A stretch of DNA of 64,000 bases from Eledone cirrhosa (taxonomy: Eukaryota). Each line of letters begins with the position of its first letter. Positions within the stretch are counted from its first letter, which is position 1. Position numbers and translations under genes: made by a program. Below the pieces are notes generated by a model. It worked only from the letters and a program-made list of their open reading frames with translations, was not told the DNA's origin and searched no databases. The stretch covers positions 1 through 64,000 of the forward strand of contig CAXHJY010001753.1 in the NCBI GenBank assembly GCA_964016885.1. The letters run 5' to 3'. This document shows, in pieces, positions 49,095 to 64,000 of this stretch.

Positions 49095-52000
49095 ATTATT
49101 ATTATTATTATTATTATTTGCATTTATCTTGCTTTATGTTCATACGAGTTATCACCAAGTCACAACCAGTGACCTCAAGAGACAACAAGGTCCGCCATGT
49201 TCAAGAAAGAACATACATATTCACACATGCATCCTTAGTGTTTAGACTTGTGATGTACTTATATTGACAGGATCTTCCTTAGTATATGGGCAGTTCCCAT
49301 TACTACTATCTTTTGTATTTCTCCTATACGCGGGTTTCCTGGGATTTGCGATAAGTAGTCGTTAGACCCCTTAGGTATCATTCCCAGAGCGCCTACAACC
49401 ACTGGTATTGTTTTAGTTCTCAATTTCCACATTTTTCCAATTTCTATCTCCAGGTCCTTATACTTGCTCAATTTTTCAAATGTTTTTATAGATACATTCT
49501 TGTCTATTGGAACAGACATATCAATTAGCAGGCATACCCTCCTTTGAAAGTCCTTCAATATTATATCAGGTCTATTTGCATCTATTTTTCGGTCTGTTTG
49601 GATGCTAAAGTTCCACAAGATTGAGATGTGATCTTTTTCAAGTATGGGAGGTGGTTGATGCTCCCACCAATTCTTTTGATGGGGCAGGTCAAAATGCTTA
49701 CACATTATCCAATGTATGTATTGTGCAGCTCTGTCATGCCTGTTTAGGTATTCGGTTGGAGCTATAGGACTGCACATTGAAATTATATGGTCAATGGTCT
49801 CTGGTTGTTTTTTGCATACACGGCATAATGGGCTGCACCAATTTTTTTATTATGTTGGCTTGGTAATTTTTTGTTGGCAGACACTGATCTTGTGCGGATA
49901 TAATCAGTCCTTCATTCTCCGATTTCAGTCCAGAGGATGCCAACCACTGATGGGTTAAAGTTTTGTCAACATCAGGATTGTTAGCTCGCTCTGGGTATTT
50001 TCCATACGGAGGCTTTTCTTGCCATTTCTTAGCCAGTTTCTGTAGCAGTTCTCTCTTTGCAGTTACTTTTACCTGCTTTGCTTTTTCTGTGTTTTCCATT
50101 TCAGCAGTAAATGGGACTTCTGAAATTTGTAGTCCATTACTGTATCTTTGGGCATCTTTTGTAATGGAATATGATCTTTTGGTGCTTTCGTGTTTCAAAA
50201 CGAGTTTGATCATCCAATCATGTGATTCCCTTAGATATGTGGATAATCCAATTGTTGCAGTTTTCAACGCAATGTCTAACTGGATTAACCCACGTCCTCC
50301 TTCTTTCCTAGGGAGATATATTCTATCTATGTCTGCCTTAGGGTGATGTATTCTGTGCATGGTTAAGAATTTTCGGATTTTTGTATCGAGCCTACGGATC
50401 TCTGTGCTTGACCAGTTGATGACATTGTAACTGTAGGTTACTACTGGTATGGCAAGCGTGTTTATGGCATAGATCCTATTCCTTGCATTCAATTCCGTTC
50501 TTAAGATTGCTCTGACTCTGCGGTAACATTCCTTCCTTATCCTTTCCCTCATTGTCGAGTGCTTGATTCCGTCTCCTTCACAAACACCTAGATATTTGTA
50601 AGTTTTTTCTTGATCAAGTTCTCTTATCACGTTCCCCCGATCAAGATTAATGTCTGAACTCTTCAGCAGCTTTCCTCTGGTGAACGTTGCTTTGGCGCAT
50701 TTATCTAGTCCAAACTCCATTTTAATGTCATCACTGAACTGCTCCACAGTGGATAATAGCCCTTGCAATTGTTCATCATTTTTTTGCAAATAGTTTCAGG
50801 TCATCCATGTAGAACAGGTGATTAATGGTTTTGTCATAGACTCTATATCCATGTTTTGTTTCATTGAGCATTTTACTTAATGGTATAAGTGCGATGCAGA
50901 ATAAAAGCGGTGATAAAGAGTCACCCTGAAAAATTCCACAATTAATATTAACTTCTCCAGCTTCCAGTGATTTTGTTTCACTATTCAAAAGGAGTGTCGT
51001 TCTCCATGTCTTCATACTGAATGACAAAAACCTCCTGACAACGGGGGATATTTTGAAAATCTCTAAACATTTTTCAATCCAACTGTGTGGCAAACTATCG
51101 AATGCTTTTTTATAATCTATCCAAGCAATCGATAGATTTTTGTGTCTATTATGACAATCTTCCATTATCATTTTGTTAACCAAAAGCTGATCCTTACAGC
51201 CATATGAGCCTCGTTTACACCCTTTCTGCTCAATGGGAAATAGGTCATTTGTTATCAGGTGGTCATATGTGTATTCAGTTAGGACTGATGTTAAAATTTT
51301 ATACATTGTGGTCAAGCAGGTTATCGGTCTGTAATTTTTGGGATTGTTTGTCTCATCATTCTTCGGTAGCAGGAATGTAATGCCGTTAACTAGCCATGAT
51401 GGTATCTTTTCTGGCTCCTTAACTATTTCATTGTAAAGTTGGGCTAACAGCTCATGAGACTCTGCGAAGGCATTTATCCAAAAGTTTTGTATTTTGTCTT
51501 TTCCTGGGGATTTCCATTTGCTGGTTTTTCTTAGAGCCAAGCGCAACTGTTCAACTGTTATATTTTCCCATGTTTGTTCTTCAAGGTGAGCTGTTTCTTT
51601 CATTTGTCTGTCTATCCATGGGGCATGTATGTTATGAACTTTTTCTTCGGCCCAGATCTTTTCCCAGAATTCTTGCACTTCCTCCTTGGGTGGTATTGAT
51701 TTAGCAGTTATTGTTGACTTACCAATTTTTCTGTAGAAGTTTCTTTGGTTGTTTTTGAACATATTAGTGTCCTTATAGAATCTAGATCGTTTTTCAAAGC
51801 GCCTTATACGAGCAGCTTTGGCCGACACTTTTTGCTTGATTATTTCTATCAGCATGTCTATGTCACATGTTGATCTTATACTGTACTTTTTTTTCAATTT
51901 TCTAAGTTTAGTTTGTTTAACATGTTCACCTACTTTATAGTTTGTTAAAATTTCTATGTCAGATCGGAGAAGGTTTATTTGGCGATTGATGTTATCTTGC

Positions 52001-53075
52001 CAAGTAGATTTCTTGTGGGAATTCCTTTGTTTTTTCATCTTCACTCCACATAAGTGAGTGGTGACTTTAGCCGATGCATAATAGAGATGATTTAAGTCAG
52101 TAATGTTTAGTTTGTTTGTGATGATAATGTTTTTGAGAATTATGTTAGTCTTGTGTATTATCTTTTGGTTCTGTTTGGAGTTCTGGATCTTAGGGAGGGT
52201 GTCTCGTTGCCCCATGTCAGATTCTTTCATTTTCATCCATTCGATCATAATTTCATCCTTCAAGTTGGCAAGTTCATTCTCATTCATTTCTTTATCATTT
52301 ACGATCTCATTATTTTCATTTGGAGTTTCATCCTGAGCATGCACTCCCTCTACTTTTTCGCTCCTTTCTTTAATTTGTTCTGTTGCCAGTGATTCCGCCC
52401 CAACCCTGGGATTCGAAGTGTTACAGTTTACCTCGTTTTCACTGACACATGCTTCATTTTCCCTTCGCTGACTTTGTGCTACTAGCTTGATCTGATCAAT
52501 TTCTATATCAGTTAGTAACTTTTTTCTTACAATATTTCTTCGTATACTGGCTAGTTTGTTACTGTCAATATAGCCTCTGTTTTCGGGATGTTTCTTTTTC
52601 CAGTTGATATATGTTTGTTCTGTATTCGATGTATTTGATGGGTAGTACATGGCAGTGTAGAAAGCCTCAAGGACTTCTTTATTATCTTCCCTTGACCATT
52701 TTTCTCTCTTTTTCTTTGGATTTCTTGGTGGTGAGCATGGAGGGCCAACAGTAGGAGTATTCCGGTTATGGGAGGTCTCCAGCTCCGAAGTGATGGGAAG
52801 GTTTGAACCATTAGCTGATTTTTCGACCCCAGTCTGGTTCCTCTCTGAGGGACGCGGCCCTTTTTTACCCGGGTGACGGCCGATCCGGTATGAGATTTTA
52901 TCATTAGACATTTACTTTATTTTGTCGCGTTTTATCCTTATCCGCTAAGGGGTAATCATTTCGTGTTACCACTTCTAGAACGAGTGTCAACCAAGACTAG
53001 AGGGGTCGTTCTCCCCTAGAGACATGGCTATTCCCCGCCGGCCGCCATCCCGGTATTTCTTGGTCACGGGGTTTT
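49095..53075 (-). mobile_element. R4/Dong-like non-LTR retrotransposon (RT plus C-terminal restriction-like endonuclease), apparently full length; ORF 52911 to 49259 split by two frameshifts; (TAA)n tail
   Basis: WKSPGKD, NYRPITCL, EQKGC--GS-GCKDQL, WIDYKKAFDS-PH, GIFQGDSLSPLLF, HLFYMDDLKLF, YKYLG; CRVC---ET-DH----C, RHD, NRPDI, K--KY-DL; (TAA)n at ~49095-49118. Confidence 0.92.
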
Positions 53076-54029
53076 CTTTTTGTTGTTTTTTTAAATTGTT
53101 ATTTTCATGAGTGGTTCCTTAATGTGAGCATTGCGTGGCTTAAGAAAGAAATTATTAATAATTGTCTCCACTCCAGGCACAAGGCCAGCAATCACCCAGT
53201 GCATTACAATAATATAATATACTTTTTGTTGTAGTTGGCTGTTATTGTTGTTGGCTATGTCGGTGGTGGTGCCGGGGCTTTTTATATTGTTGGTGAGGAA
53301 GGGGTGAGCCAGCAGTCCCATAATTGTTGATGTAGACGTTTGGCCGGTGGCAAGGTCACCAAGTCAATCTATTTATATCTTTTGCTAGCCTCTCTCTTGT
53401 CTAGTGATACCGCCACCTTCCCTTTTCTCTCTCAAGTTAACAGGGGAATAGTGTCGGTAGCATTGAATGAGTGGTGGCGGCGATGATGGATGCGGTGGGG
53501 TGGTGGCAGCGGTGGTGTTGTGGTTACTGATATAGTATCTATGAGTTTGTGTTCGTATGTTTAATATATATTTTTATTATATTTTGCGTTGACATATTCC
53601 CGTAAAATTTGAATTAAACATTTTTTAAAATTTGAGACAATAATAATAGTAATTATTATTATGATGCTGGTGAAATTGCCGTTTTCTGTCTGTTATATTT
53701 AGTGTGATGGGATAGGTAGTGTATCAAGTTTCTGGTGTTGGTGAAATTGAAATTGCTGCTATTTGGCTGTTCTATATAGTGTAGACAGAGGGTGTTTTGT
53801 TCCATTTATAACCATTTTCTTTTTTTTGAATACAAAATATATAATACAAAATTGAATATTTGAGCGATACAACAATATAATATGGATCCGAAACTTTATG
53901 GGACCTCATTCGGTGCATTTATGCAACCTTTGTGCTAAGAATTGTTCTTTCACAATTGATATAAATATGTTAAAAATCAAAAACTTACGGGACCAATTTC
54001 GTGACGTTCTATCACCTCGTGCGTCTTCT

Positions 54030-54032
<3 letters not shown>

Positions 54033-54106
<74 letters not shown>

Positions 54107-57100
54107 GTTGTTGTTAATATTCTTTGAGTCTGAGTCATTGATGTTAGTTAACTGGAAAGTTTGTTGAAAAGAATATCAAGCCATTACCTGCAGCCTCAGA
54201 TATTCAGGACGTATCGGAGAGTTCTTGCTGTTCCCAGCAAGCATGCCTTTTGAAGTGTTCCAAAAAGGGAGCGGGGCCAATTTTCTTTATCCATCCCTGG
54301 AAACCTTTTGAGATAGTAACTAGTGCGCCTATGACAATCGGGACCACTTTGACTTCATGGCAGTTCCAAATCCTTTTTACCTCTCACTTTAAGTCCTGGT
54401 ATCGGTTAATTGTCTCCCTCTCCTTCTCTTGCAATATCGTGTCGAATGGGCAGGCCACATCCACAATCAGGCACGATCTTTTTCCTTGTCCAAAACCAGC
54501 AGGTTAGGTCTATTGTGTTCCAGTTTCTTGTCCGTCTGTATCCTAAAATCCCACAGCACCTTCACCTGATCGTTTTCTATCACCGACTCTGGCTTATGCT
54601 CATACCACTTCTCAGAATGTGGTAAATTGTTTACTTTGCATAGGTGCCAGTGGATCACCCTGCCCATCACATCATGTCTCCAGCCTTTAGAGTGAGTCTG
54701 GGCTAGGTGTTTACACTCGGATACAATGTGAGCCACAGTCTCCTCTCTCTCTCTCTCCACAGATCCTGCATAGTGGGCTAGCCTCCTCCTTGTAAATATG
54801 GTGTTTCAGCCACTTCGTTTTGAGGGCCTGCTCTTGGGCACCCATTAGCATTCCTTCTGTAGCCTTTTGAAGGTCTCCTCTTCTCAACCAGTTCCATGTC
54901 TGTGGATCTCTCAATTCCGTTTTCTCAAAGAAGGTACTATGAAGGGATTTTTCTTGGAGGTTGCTCTTTCTCCACGTTGTTATTTCCTCCTTGGACATCC
55001 CCTGGTTTATTGTCCTCTCCTTCAGTACAATTCTGAGCATTGGCTCCTTACTATCGGTCACGTATTTGTGTAGGTTGTTTTTCTCCATCTGAACACAGTC
55101 CTCTATGCTGATAAGACCTCTTCCACCTTCAGACCTCCTTAAGTAGAGTCTATCGACATCACTCCTCTTGTGGAACATGTTGTAGATAGTCAATAGCTTC
55201 CTAGTCTTCCTATCCATTTCTTTTTGTTCAGCAACATTCCATCTCAGAATTCCCGCACTCTACCTAATAATAGACACAGCTCGGGAATTTACTGCACTTA
55301 TGGCATTCCTACTGTTCAGATGTGACTTTAATACGCTCCTTACTCTCCGAATGTACTCAGATCTTATCAATTCCTTCATTCTTTTGTTCTTGATGTCATC
55401 AGCCTCCAGAATACCCAAATACTTGTATCCTTCTTCAGTGTAAATTTCCTTTATCATCTCACCTGTTGGTACCTGGATTCCGTTGTTTCTGCTCAATTTA
55501 CTTCTCTTCTTCACAAGGACTCCACACTTATTAATACCAAATTGCATACATATATAATTGCTGAAAATACGGACAGTGTCAACAAGCACATCCAACTCCT
55601 TCTCACTCTTCCCGAAGAGCTTAAGATCGTCCATGAAGAGGAGGTGATTGATGGTAAGCTCTCCCTTTCCCAACTTGTATCCTGCTCTCACTTTTCGCAG
55701 TATAATGGTCAGGGGCATCAGGGCAAGGACAAACAACAGAGGGGACAGACTATCTCCCTGGAAGATACCTCTCTTGATCTTCACGCCTCCCAAGGATTAT
55801 CCAGCTGATGTTAACTCTGTTTTCCAGGGCTTCATACTTTTCCTCAACAACTGTCTGATGTTATCTGCCACCTTGAAGATATCTAGGCTTTTGGTGATCC
55901 AAGAATGAGGCACCATGTCAAATGCCTTTTTGTAGTCTATCCATCCCATGGCAAGACCAGTGTGTCTCTTCTTGCAATTCCTCATTACCATCTAATCAAT
56001 AAGTAACTGGTCCTTTGTATCACGTGACTGCTTTCGGCATCCTTTCTGTTCGTCCGGTAACAAGTTGTTTGTGTGGAGGTGATGGTAGATTTCATCAGAC
56101 ACAATGCTTGTCAACAGTTTCCACATTACAGACAGACATGTGATAGGTCTATAGTTGGTAACATCATTACCCTTGATTCGGTCTTTCATTACCAGAACTG
56201 GTACCTTCTGTCAACCACTCTGGTAGCTCTCCTGACATCAAGCAGTCTTTGAACATGGTTGTCAGTTTCGGGTGGAGGGATATTACATTTTTAATCCAAT
56301 ACCCCTGCACACTATCTGGACCTGGTGATTTCCAGTTGGCTAGTTTTTTCGCCTGCTCCTTGATAGTTTCAACTGTGATACTCAAATCAATTTGTTGGTG
56401 TGCTTGTTCACTAATCTCCTTTTGTACTGTTTCAATGCACACTGCCTGGTCATTATGTTTAACATCCTGCTCCCATATTCCTCTCCAGAATGTCTTAGTT
56501 TGTTCCGCCTCAGGGATCAAGTCGTTGCCCCTTTCTTTCCCTTCAAGTTGTCCAAACAACATCTTCTGGTTGTTGTCAAACATGCGGTTCTGTCTCTACT
56601 GACTGACTCTGCTCTCGTATCGCCTAATTTTTGCACTCTTTGCTATAATGCGTTGCTTCAGTTCCTCTATGATAATATTTAGCCTTTTCCTCCTAGTTTT
56701 GTACTTTATTTTCAGTCTATTTTCAGTGTCTATGTTTTTTCGTGTCCCATTCAGTAGGGACTCAAGCTTTCCAATGTCATTTCTCATTTCCCTGATTTGA
56801 CCATTCAGTCGTTTCTTCCACCAAGGTTCTGATATTTCTTGTTTGTTGTTTCCTCTCGCTTTTATGCCAAGTAATTTCCTCACCGCATTTGCTGTTGCTT
56901 TGAGGATCTTGTTGCACTGGTGAAGGCTCCTCGCCTCAGGGTATTGGATGACTTTGTTTACCTTAGCTGTTGTTTCTTTTAACTGTTTCCTGTCTACAAA
57001 TCTTAGGTTCAGAGGTTTCCCACTATCATTGTTCATTTCATCTACCACTAAGTTTAGGATATCAACCAAATCTTGTCCTAGCCCGTCAGCATTCATCTCC

Positions 57101-57700
57101 TCAATGGCTGTATCTTTGTTCCAGGTATTATTTATTTCAGCATTCAGATCATTGTCTGCTTCGGATGTTTCCTCCGTTCTCTCAACCTCTTCACCCTTCA
57201 TTTCCCACTGGCTCGTTTGCCTGGCATACTCCACTCTCCATTTCCAACCTAATCTCTCTACTCAGTTCCTCCAGTTCCAGCTCGCTTATCATGCCATTAG
57301 TTCTTATTACCCGAGTCTGCCCGGCCAATTTTTGTTCATCTAATTTAAATAGAGCAATCTCGTTCCAGATGTTATGCATCCGTTTCCTATAGCCTTTCTC
57401 CTTGGGATTACTCTTCAGGTAACATTGCATAACAGTTCTATTCAATTCTTTCGTCCAGTTTGTTCTGGTCCCTTTCCTTCTTCTTCTTCCTCCGACACCA
57501 GCACTATTTGGTTGACAGCCAGGTCCCTGCTGCTGAGCCAGGGAGCACCTGATGGGTGAGAGTCTGTCACATGACATTCTAGTCTCCACTTCACCGTTAT
57601 TCGAACTGTTTAGGTTCGACATTTAAACACTCTTATCGAGGATTGGTGAATGTATGGTTACATAACCACCGGTGATTTCATCACTCCCGGTGATTTTTGT
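54033..57700 (-). mobile_element. Second R4/Dong-like element (different family), with several stops/frameshifts; long (TAA)n tail 54033-54105
   Basis: NWKSPGPD, NYRPITCL, WIDYKKAFDMVPH, GIFQGDSLSPLLF, HLLFMDDLKLF, CRICG-REETVAHIVSEC, RHD, NRP. Confidence 0.9.
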
Positions 57701-58329
57701 GTGGCACTATCACGCTGTAGACGAACATAAATAAACAAACAAACAAATAGGTAAACCCCCCCCCCCCCCAAAAAAAAAAATAAGCATAAGTTTCATAGTA
57801 ATGTAATGTTTGAATGTCTGACTTTGTTTTTTTTTGCTTGTCTGTCTGTTTGTTTTTCTTTTCATTTTCCTTTTCTTTACGTTTTTCGTTGCTGCTGTGC
57901 TGTTTCGATCTTGACTTTTGATTTTTTGAGTTTTTGACCGGGTCATCAAATCAGTCTATTTATATCTTTTGATGCCTTCCTCATTTAGCGGGGACACTAC
58001 GATGCCTGTCTTAGCAGGAGGTAGTGGTAGAGAACAGCGGCGGTAGCGATAATGAGGCAGTGGTGGTGATGTGCTAGTTGTACTTAGAAGGAAGAAGTGG
58101 GAGAGAATAGCGGCGGTAGCGATAATGAGGCAGTGGTGGTGGTGATGTGATCGTAGTACTGTAGTTGAAGTTGAAGTAGAAATAGAAGTTGAGATAACTT
58201 GACTAGAGTTTTTGGCGTGGGAGTGGTGATGGTGGCGGTGGTGTTGTTGGTGGTGAAATTATTTGCCTGTCTGACCACTTAGCCATTTTCTCTTTTTCGA
58301 CTATAACATTCCTGATCCAAAATTAAATA

Positions 58330-60680
58330 TTAAATATTGAGGCCCTATGCCTTCCAAAGATAAATATCAATAATAAAATAGCAACACTTATAAAAAAACA
58401 CTAACCTAGCCATCACAGACTTACTATATATAAATAAAACCACTATTATCACAAATTTAAATAATATAATATATGCAGCAGCCACTGTTGTTACAAAAAA
58501 AAGTGAGTTCCCTCTTGGAGCTATAGAAGCAAGAAAAACAAAAAGTGGAGATCAAAGATACAAAAAAAAAATAGAAAATAAAAGAAAAGACGTCTCAATC
58601 TTAAATGAAATAGGAAAAAACAACAAAGCTAAAAAACGGGGAAAGAAATGGAAATATAAAAAAAATGTAAAAGGAAATCCCAAACACTAAGGAAAGCTTT
58701 AAACAAAAAATACTGGCAAAGGCACGAAGAATCCGGAGATATGAAAAGCGGCAACAGTTTTTTTCAAAAAAATCAGCTGTTTCACTCCAACCCAAAACGA
58801 CTCTACCAGGAACTTAATAGAAACAAATTAGAAGTTAATGTAGCTCCACAAGTAAAATAAGCGGAGTTCTGGAAAAGAATATGGGTAGAAGGAGAAAAAA
58901 AATTACATGCACAAACTTAGCAAAAACAACAAACACAGCAGACGAACATCCATGGGAAGATATTACAGCAGATGATGTGTCTATCACATTGAAAGGGGCA
59001 AGCAACTGCAAGGTACCAGGACATGTCAAGTTCCCCCAAAATAATGACACAGCAAACCCCAAAATTTACAGACCCATAACATTCTTGCCTACTACATACA
59101 AAATCTTAACTTCAATACTATCACTGAAAGTAATCAAACACCTGGAAAAAACAACCTGTTCCCAGAAGAATAGAAAGGATGCTGCAGAGGCTCATAGGGC
59201 TGCAAAAAAAAAACAGTTATTAAAAAAGAACCCGGCTCCCAGAAGAACAGAAAACTGAAAAAAAACCCCCAAAGACTCCTCAGTATGGCTTGGATTGATT
59301 GCCAAAAAGTGTTTGACAGTGTTCCCCATGCATGGATACTCAACACACTAGCCACGAATAAAATATCACGATGAATAGCAAATAAGAGAACTAGACCAAA
59401 CTCAGACATACAAACACTTAGGAATCAACGAACTAGTTAAGATTCAACATACACAGATGAAAGAAAAGATTAGAAAAGAATACTAGAGAAGAATTAGGTT
59501 AATACTAAAAACTGAACTAAATGCAAAGAATAATTTGATTAGTATCAGCACTTTAGTAATCCCAGTAACGAGCTACAGCTTTAATAATCTGAATTGGACA
59601 TTAAAAGAACTAGCTGGAATAGATAGAAAAACAAGAAAAATGATGAGCCTATTTAGAATACACCATCCAAATTCAGACGTAGAAAGTTTATACCTACCAA
59701 GAATACAAGGGAAGAGGGGCCTAATGCAAAGAGGGTTTGCATATGGCCTCTTATGAAATAAGGGCTCTTATAAAGTAACTACTGTGGGACTACAAAAATA
59801 CCTAATAAAAAACAAAGAAAAGCTAGTACAAATAGCCACAAAACATAAACAAGACAAAAACTATTCTCCATCTTCACGGGAGCCAGAAACTGAGGAGACA
59901 ATTGCGAGGTAAAGGAAAACAAAGGAAAAACAATTGAAATTGTGAAAGACATAATTTAAATTGAAAACTGACATCCAGAATGCCATGTTAAAACGACGAC
60001 AAGAGAATTCCTACATGGCCAAAAGCTAAATATAAAGGAAGTAGACAAAGAAAACACACAAAACTGACTCCGAAGCACTGGAGTAAAAGCTGAGACCGAA
60101 GGATTTCTAATTGCAGTGCAGGACCAGAGTCTACCCATCACTTCCAGAAATACATAATGAAACAAAGCACAATAAGTAAGTGTAAAATATGTGGAGATAG
60201 GGAAGAAACAATCAACCACGTAGTCTCTGAATGCCCAGCTTTAGCCAAAAAAAAAATATATCCACAGGCATGATAGAGTTGGGACCTTCATATACTGGAA
60301 GTTATTCCAGTATTATGAAATACCAACAGAAGAAAGATGGTACAAACACACACCAGAAATAATGTCAGAGTATACAAAGCAGCCATTCTCTGGGATATAT
60401 ACAGACAGAGATCAAAACCAACCGACTAGATATTATAGTCAAAGCAACAAAGAACAAAAAAGTGCCTTCTAATAGATGTATCAATCCCCACAGACGACAA
60501 TATATCTTCCAAGGAAATAGAGAAACTCTCCAAATATAGAAATCTACAGATATAAATAACTCGAATGTGGAAAATGAAAAGAGAAATAATACCTATAAGA
60601 ATAGGTGCTCTAGGAATGTTAAAAAAACACACAGACAGATACATAGCCAAAACCAAAGGACTTACAAATAAATCCTCGCA
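58330..60680 (+). mobile_element. Third, heavily decayed and internally deleted R4/Dong-like element
   Basis: NPKIYRPITFLPTTYKILTS, AWID-QKVFDSVPH, HHPNSDVESLYLPR-QG-RGL, CKICG--EETINHVVSECP, IIPIRIGALG. Confidence 0.85.
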
Positions 60681-60761
60681 TAAACACAAACTCAGACACA
60701 TACACAAACACACATATATATATATATATGTTCAAACATACACATACATACATATATACAT

Positions 60762-60800
<39 letters not shown>

Positions 60801-61051
60801 CGGCAAAATATTGATGTAATTCAATATTTTATCGACAACTCAACGTGCGTTTTCCACATAGGAGTGACGGAGTATTATTGATAAGGCCGTGATACATATT
60901 TCGATGACGACAGTGACCATGTGATCCTGCGTAGTATCCAATGCCATGATCTAATCAGACAGCTTTTTACATGATAAAGTTACAATCAAGGAGGTAATAC
61001 AAAATTAAAGTGACAAGGGAACGGACAAACAGCGATGTTCATGAAGCGAAT

Positions 61052-61167
<116 letters not shown>

Positions 61168-61857
61168 GATGGCTGCCCCCTCGTTATCGAGTATGGCCAT
61201 TGCTCGATATACCATTATCAATAATTATTAATTAATTCTATCGCGCAATAGCCTGTGCGTGATTTTTTTAAAATGAAGAAAGACTGTGCACTGAGCCAAT
61301 CCCACTCTCTGAGAAACAGTAACCATAACCCGAAAAGAAGAAAAGATCAACGACATTGTAACTACTGAGCCGCGGGCTTTATGTCGGAGTTATCCAAGTT
61401 TTCTGAGTTGCCTCCTCGTATAAGAATGCCCTGACAAAGGCTAGGGGTCCTTCACTCCCAGTGGTTTAACCGTGCAATAGGGTATCCAGCCCGACTATTT
61501 CTCTGTGCCCGCGCATATACATACAGATACATATGTACATGTGTTTATACATATTTACACATTTGTGGATGGTCGTTGACTCTTATGAGTTCTTCCACCC
61601 TTTGTCAGGTTTTGTTTTTTGTCCTGCAGGGTGTCCCAAATCACCCTCCTCACCAAGTAAACTTGGTGGGTTGCCGGTTTAGTCGCCGAAGACCCGACCA
61701 TGCGACAGGTTGTACAGGGTTACATGTTACCAGTAGTAATCAAGAGTGACCCGATATAATATATATATATACATATACGAAACAGGTAAAATAGTAAAAG
61801 AGTATATACACACATACATACATATATAAACACATACATATAACTATAAATATAAAA

Positions 61858-61980
61858 TTTGAAAAAACATACATTGACATAACAGCCACTAACTTTAAAA
61901 CTCCTGCTGAAGGAGTGGGCGTGAGCGTACTACTGTGTTTTAAAGTTAGTGGATGTTATGTCAATGTATGTTTTTTCAAA
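61858..61980. repeat. ~44-bp inverted repeat with ~35-nt spacer
   Basis: tttgaaaaaacatacattgacataacagccactaactttaaaac / gttttaaagttagtggatgttatgtcaatgtatgttttttcaaa. Confidence 0.85.
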
Positions 61981-62439
61981 TCAAACCAAACGGCTTTGGT
62001 TACCTATGCATGGGACCTCAACAAAAATTCCACCCTCTAATTGAAAATACTCCAGAGGACACGCTCATGCATTGGCGGGCATACGTACTATGATTTATGA
62101 ATAATGGAGAACTACGAGATGTTACTTGCCACAGGTCCTTTATATATATGTGTGTATATGTGTATATATTTTTGACTTCGCTCCCTCTCTCCGGTTTGTC
62201 GTATACATACATGTGCTTTTCCTGTTTCCCTTTTCGGTATGTTCTCTGCGTTTTTTTTCTTTTTTTCTTTCTTTTTTCCCTTCTGTTATGTTTTTTTCTC
62301 TCTCCTTTTTCCCCCGATAGCTCCCTATAGTTATTGACGTACTGGCGCTAGACATATTGTCTTTAATGAGGATGGGAATGTCCCCCGTTTGTGCTTTCCT
62401 CTTATTTCTAAAAACACTTTATCAAGTAACCACACAGCT

Positions 62440-63420
<981 letters not shown>

Positions 63421-64000
63421 ACATCATTCGATCCAACAATCCCATAATTCAAGCTGAACCACTTAAAGTCTATTATAATAACCCACTATTATTAACTGTC
63501 AATAGACCAACTAATCACTAAATCAACATTATAATCTCCTAACCTCTATATCTTTCACTCTTTTTCCCTAAAACTATTTCACCCCTTCCATTATATCCTA
63601 TCATGTTCTCTTCACCTCTCACATAGCTTCCAATTTATTAATTTATCCTTTATTTATCATTGTATTATTTCTTCCTAATATAACCCTCTGTAATTTAACC
63701 AATACATATGTATATATTTAATATTTTCATATTTATACCATCACATCTCTATACGTACACACCACTATAAGTTTAACTACCACCACCACCACAACAACTA
63801 TTTTCAACAATCATATTATGTTCATTTTTTCACATATATATTTTTTTACTTATTTTTTACCGCCTTCATTCTAACTTATTTATTATTATTTATTATTTTT
63901 TATTTTTTATTTTCTCCCTCACTCTTTTTTCTTTTCTCTTTTTTCTTTTTCTTTCTTTATTACTGATGTTGTTATTTGAATTTTCCTAGTATATTACAAA

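Overview
AT-rich, microsatellite-dense eukaryotic (animal) genomic DNA, most likely a cephalopod such as Octopus; this is inferred from the abundant tRNA-derived SINE and repeat landscape, not proven. The only host-gene sequence I can support is two minus-strand exons of an M1 (aminopeptidase N-like) peptidase at 16495-16604 and 15601-15764. The rest is intron or intergenic DNA holding retroelements: about 20 SINE copies, an RTE-like LINE with a 5' inversion, a rearranged L1/Tx1-like LINE, three R4/Dong-like restriction-like-endonuclease LINEs (two ending in (TAA)n), several Penelope-like (GIY-YIG) remnants, and a 2.6-kb GGT-rich 54-bp minisatellite. The most striking signal is non-coding: about 15 type I hammerhead ribozyme (HHR) motifs, some intact and some decayed. 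They include a near-identical 312-bp tandem array with one HHR per unit ending in a 424-bp fold-back (36269-37822, retrozyme-like), HHRs with long branched stem II inserts (41096-41223, 42469-42579, 42868-42989), and several (TA)n-flanked fold-back elements carrying an HHR in the loop or arm. Together these suggest a diverse Penelope-mobilised, ribozyme-bearing non-autonomous retroelement/circRNA system. All structures were paired by eye; no activity or database search was possible.
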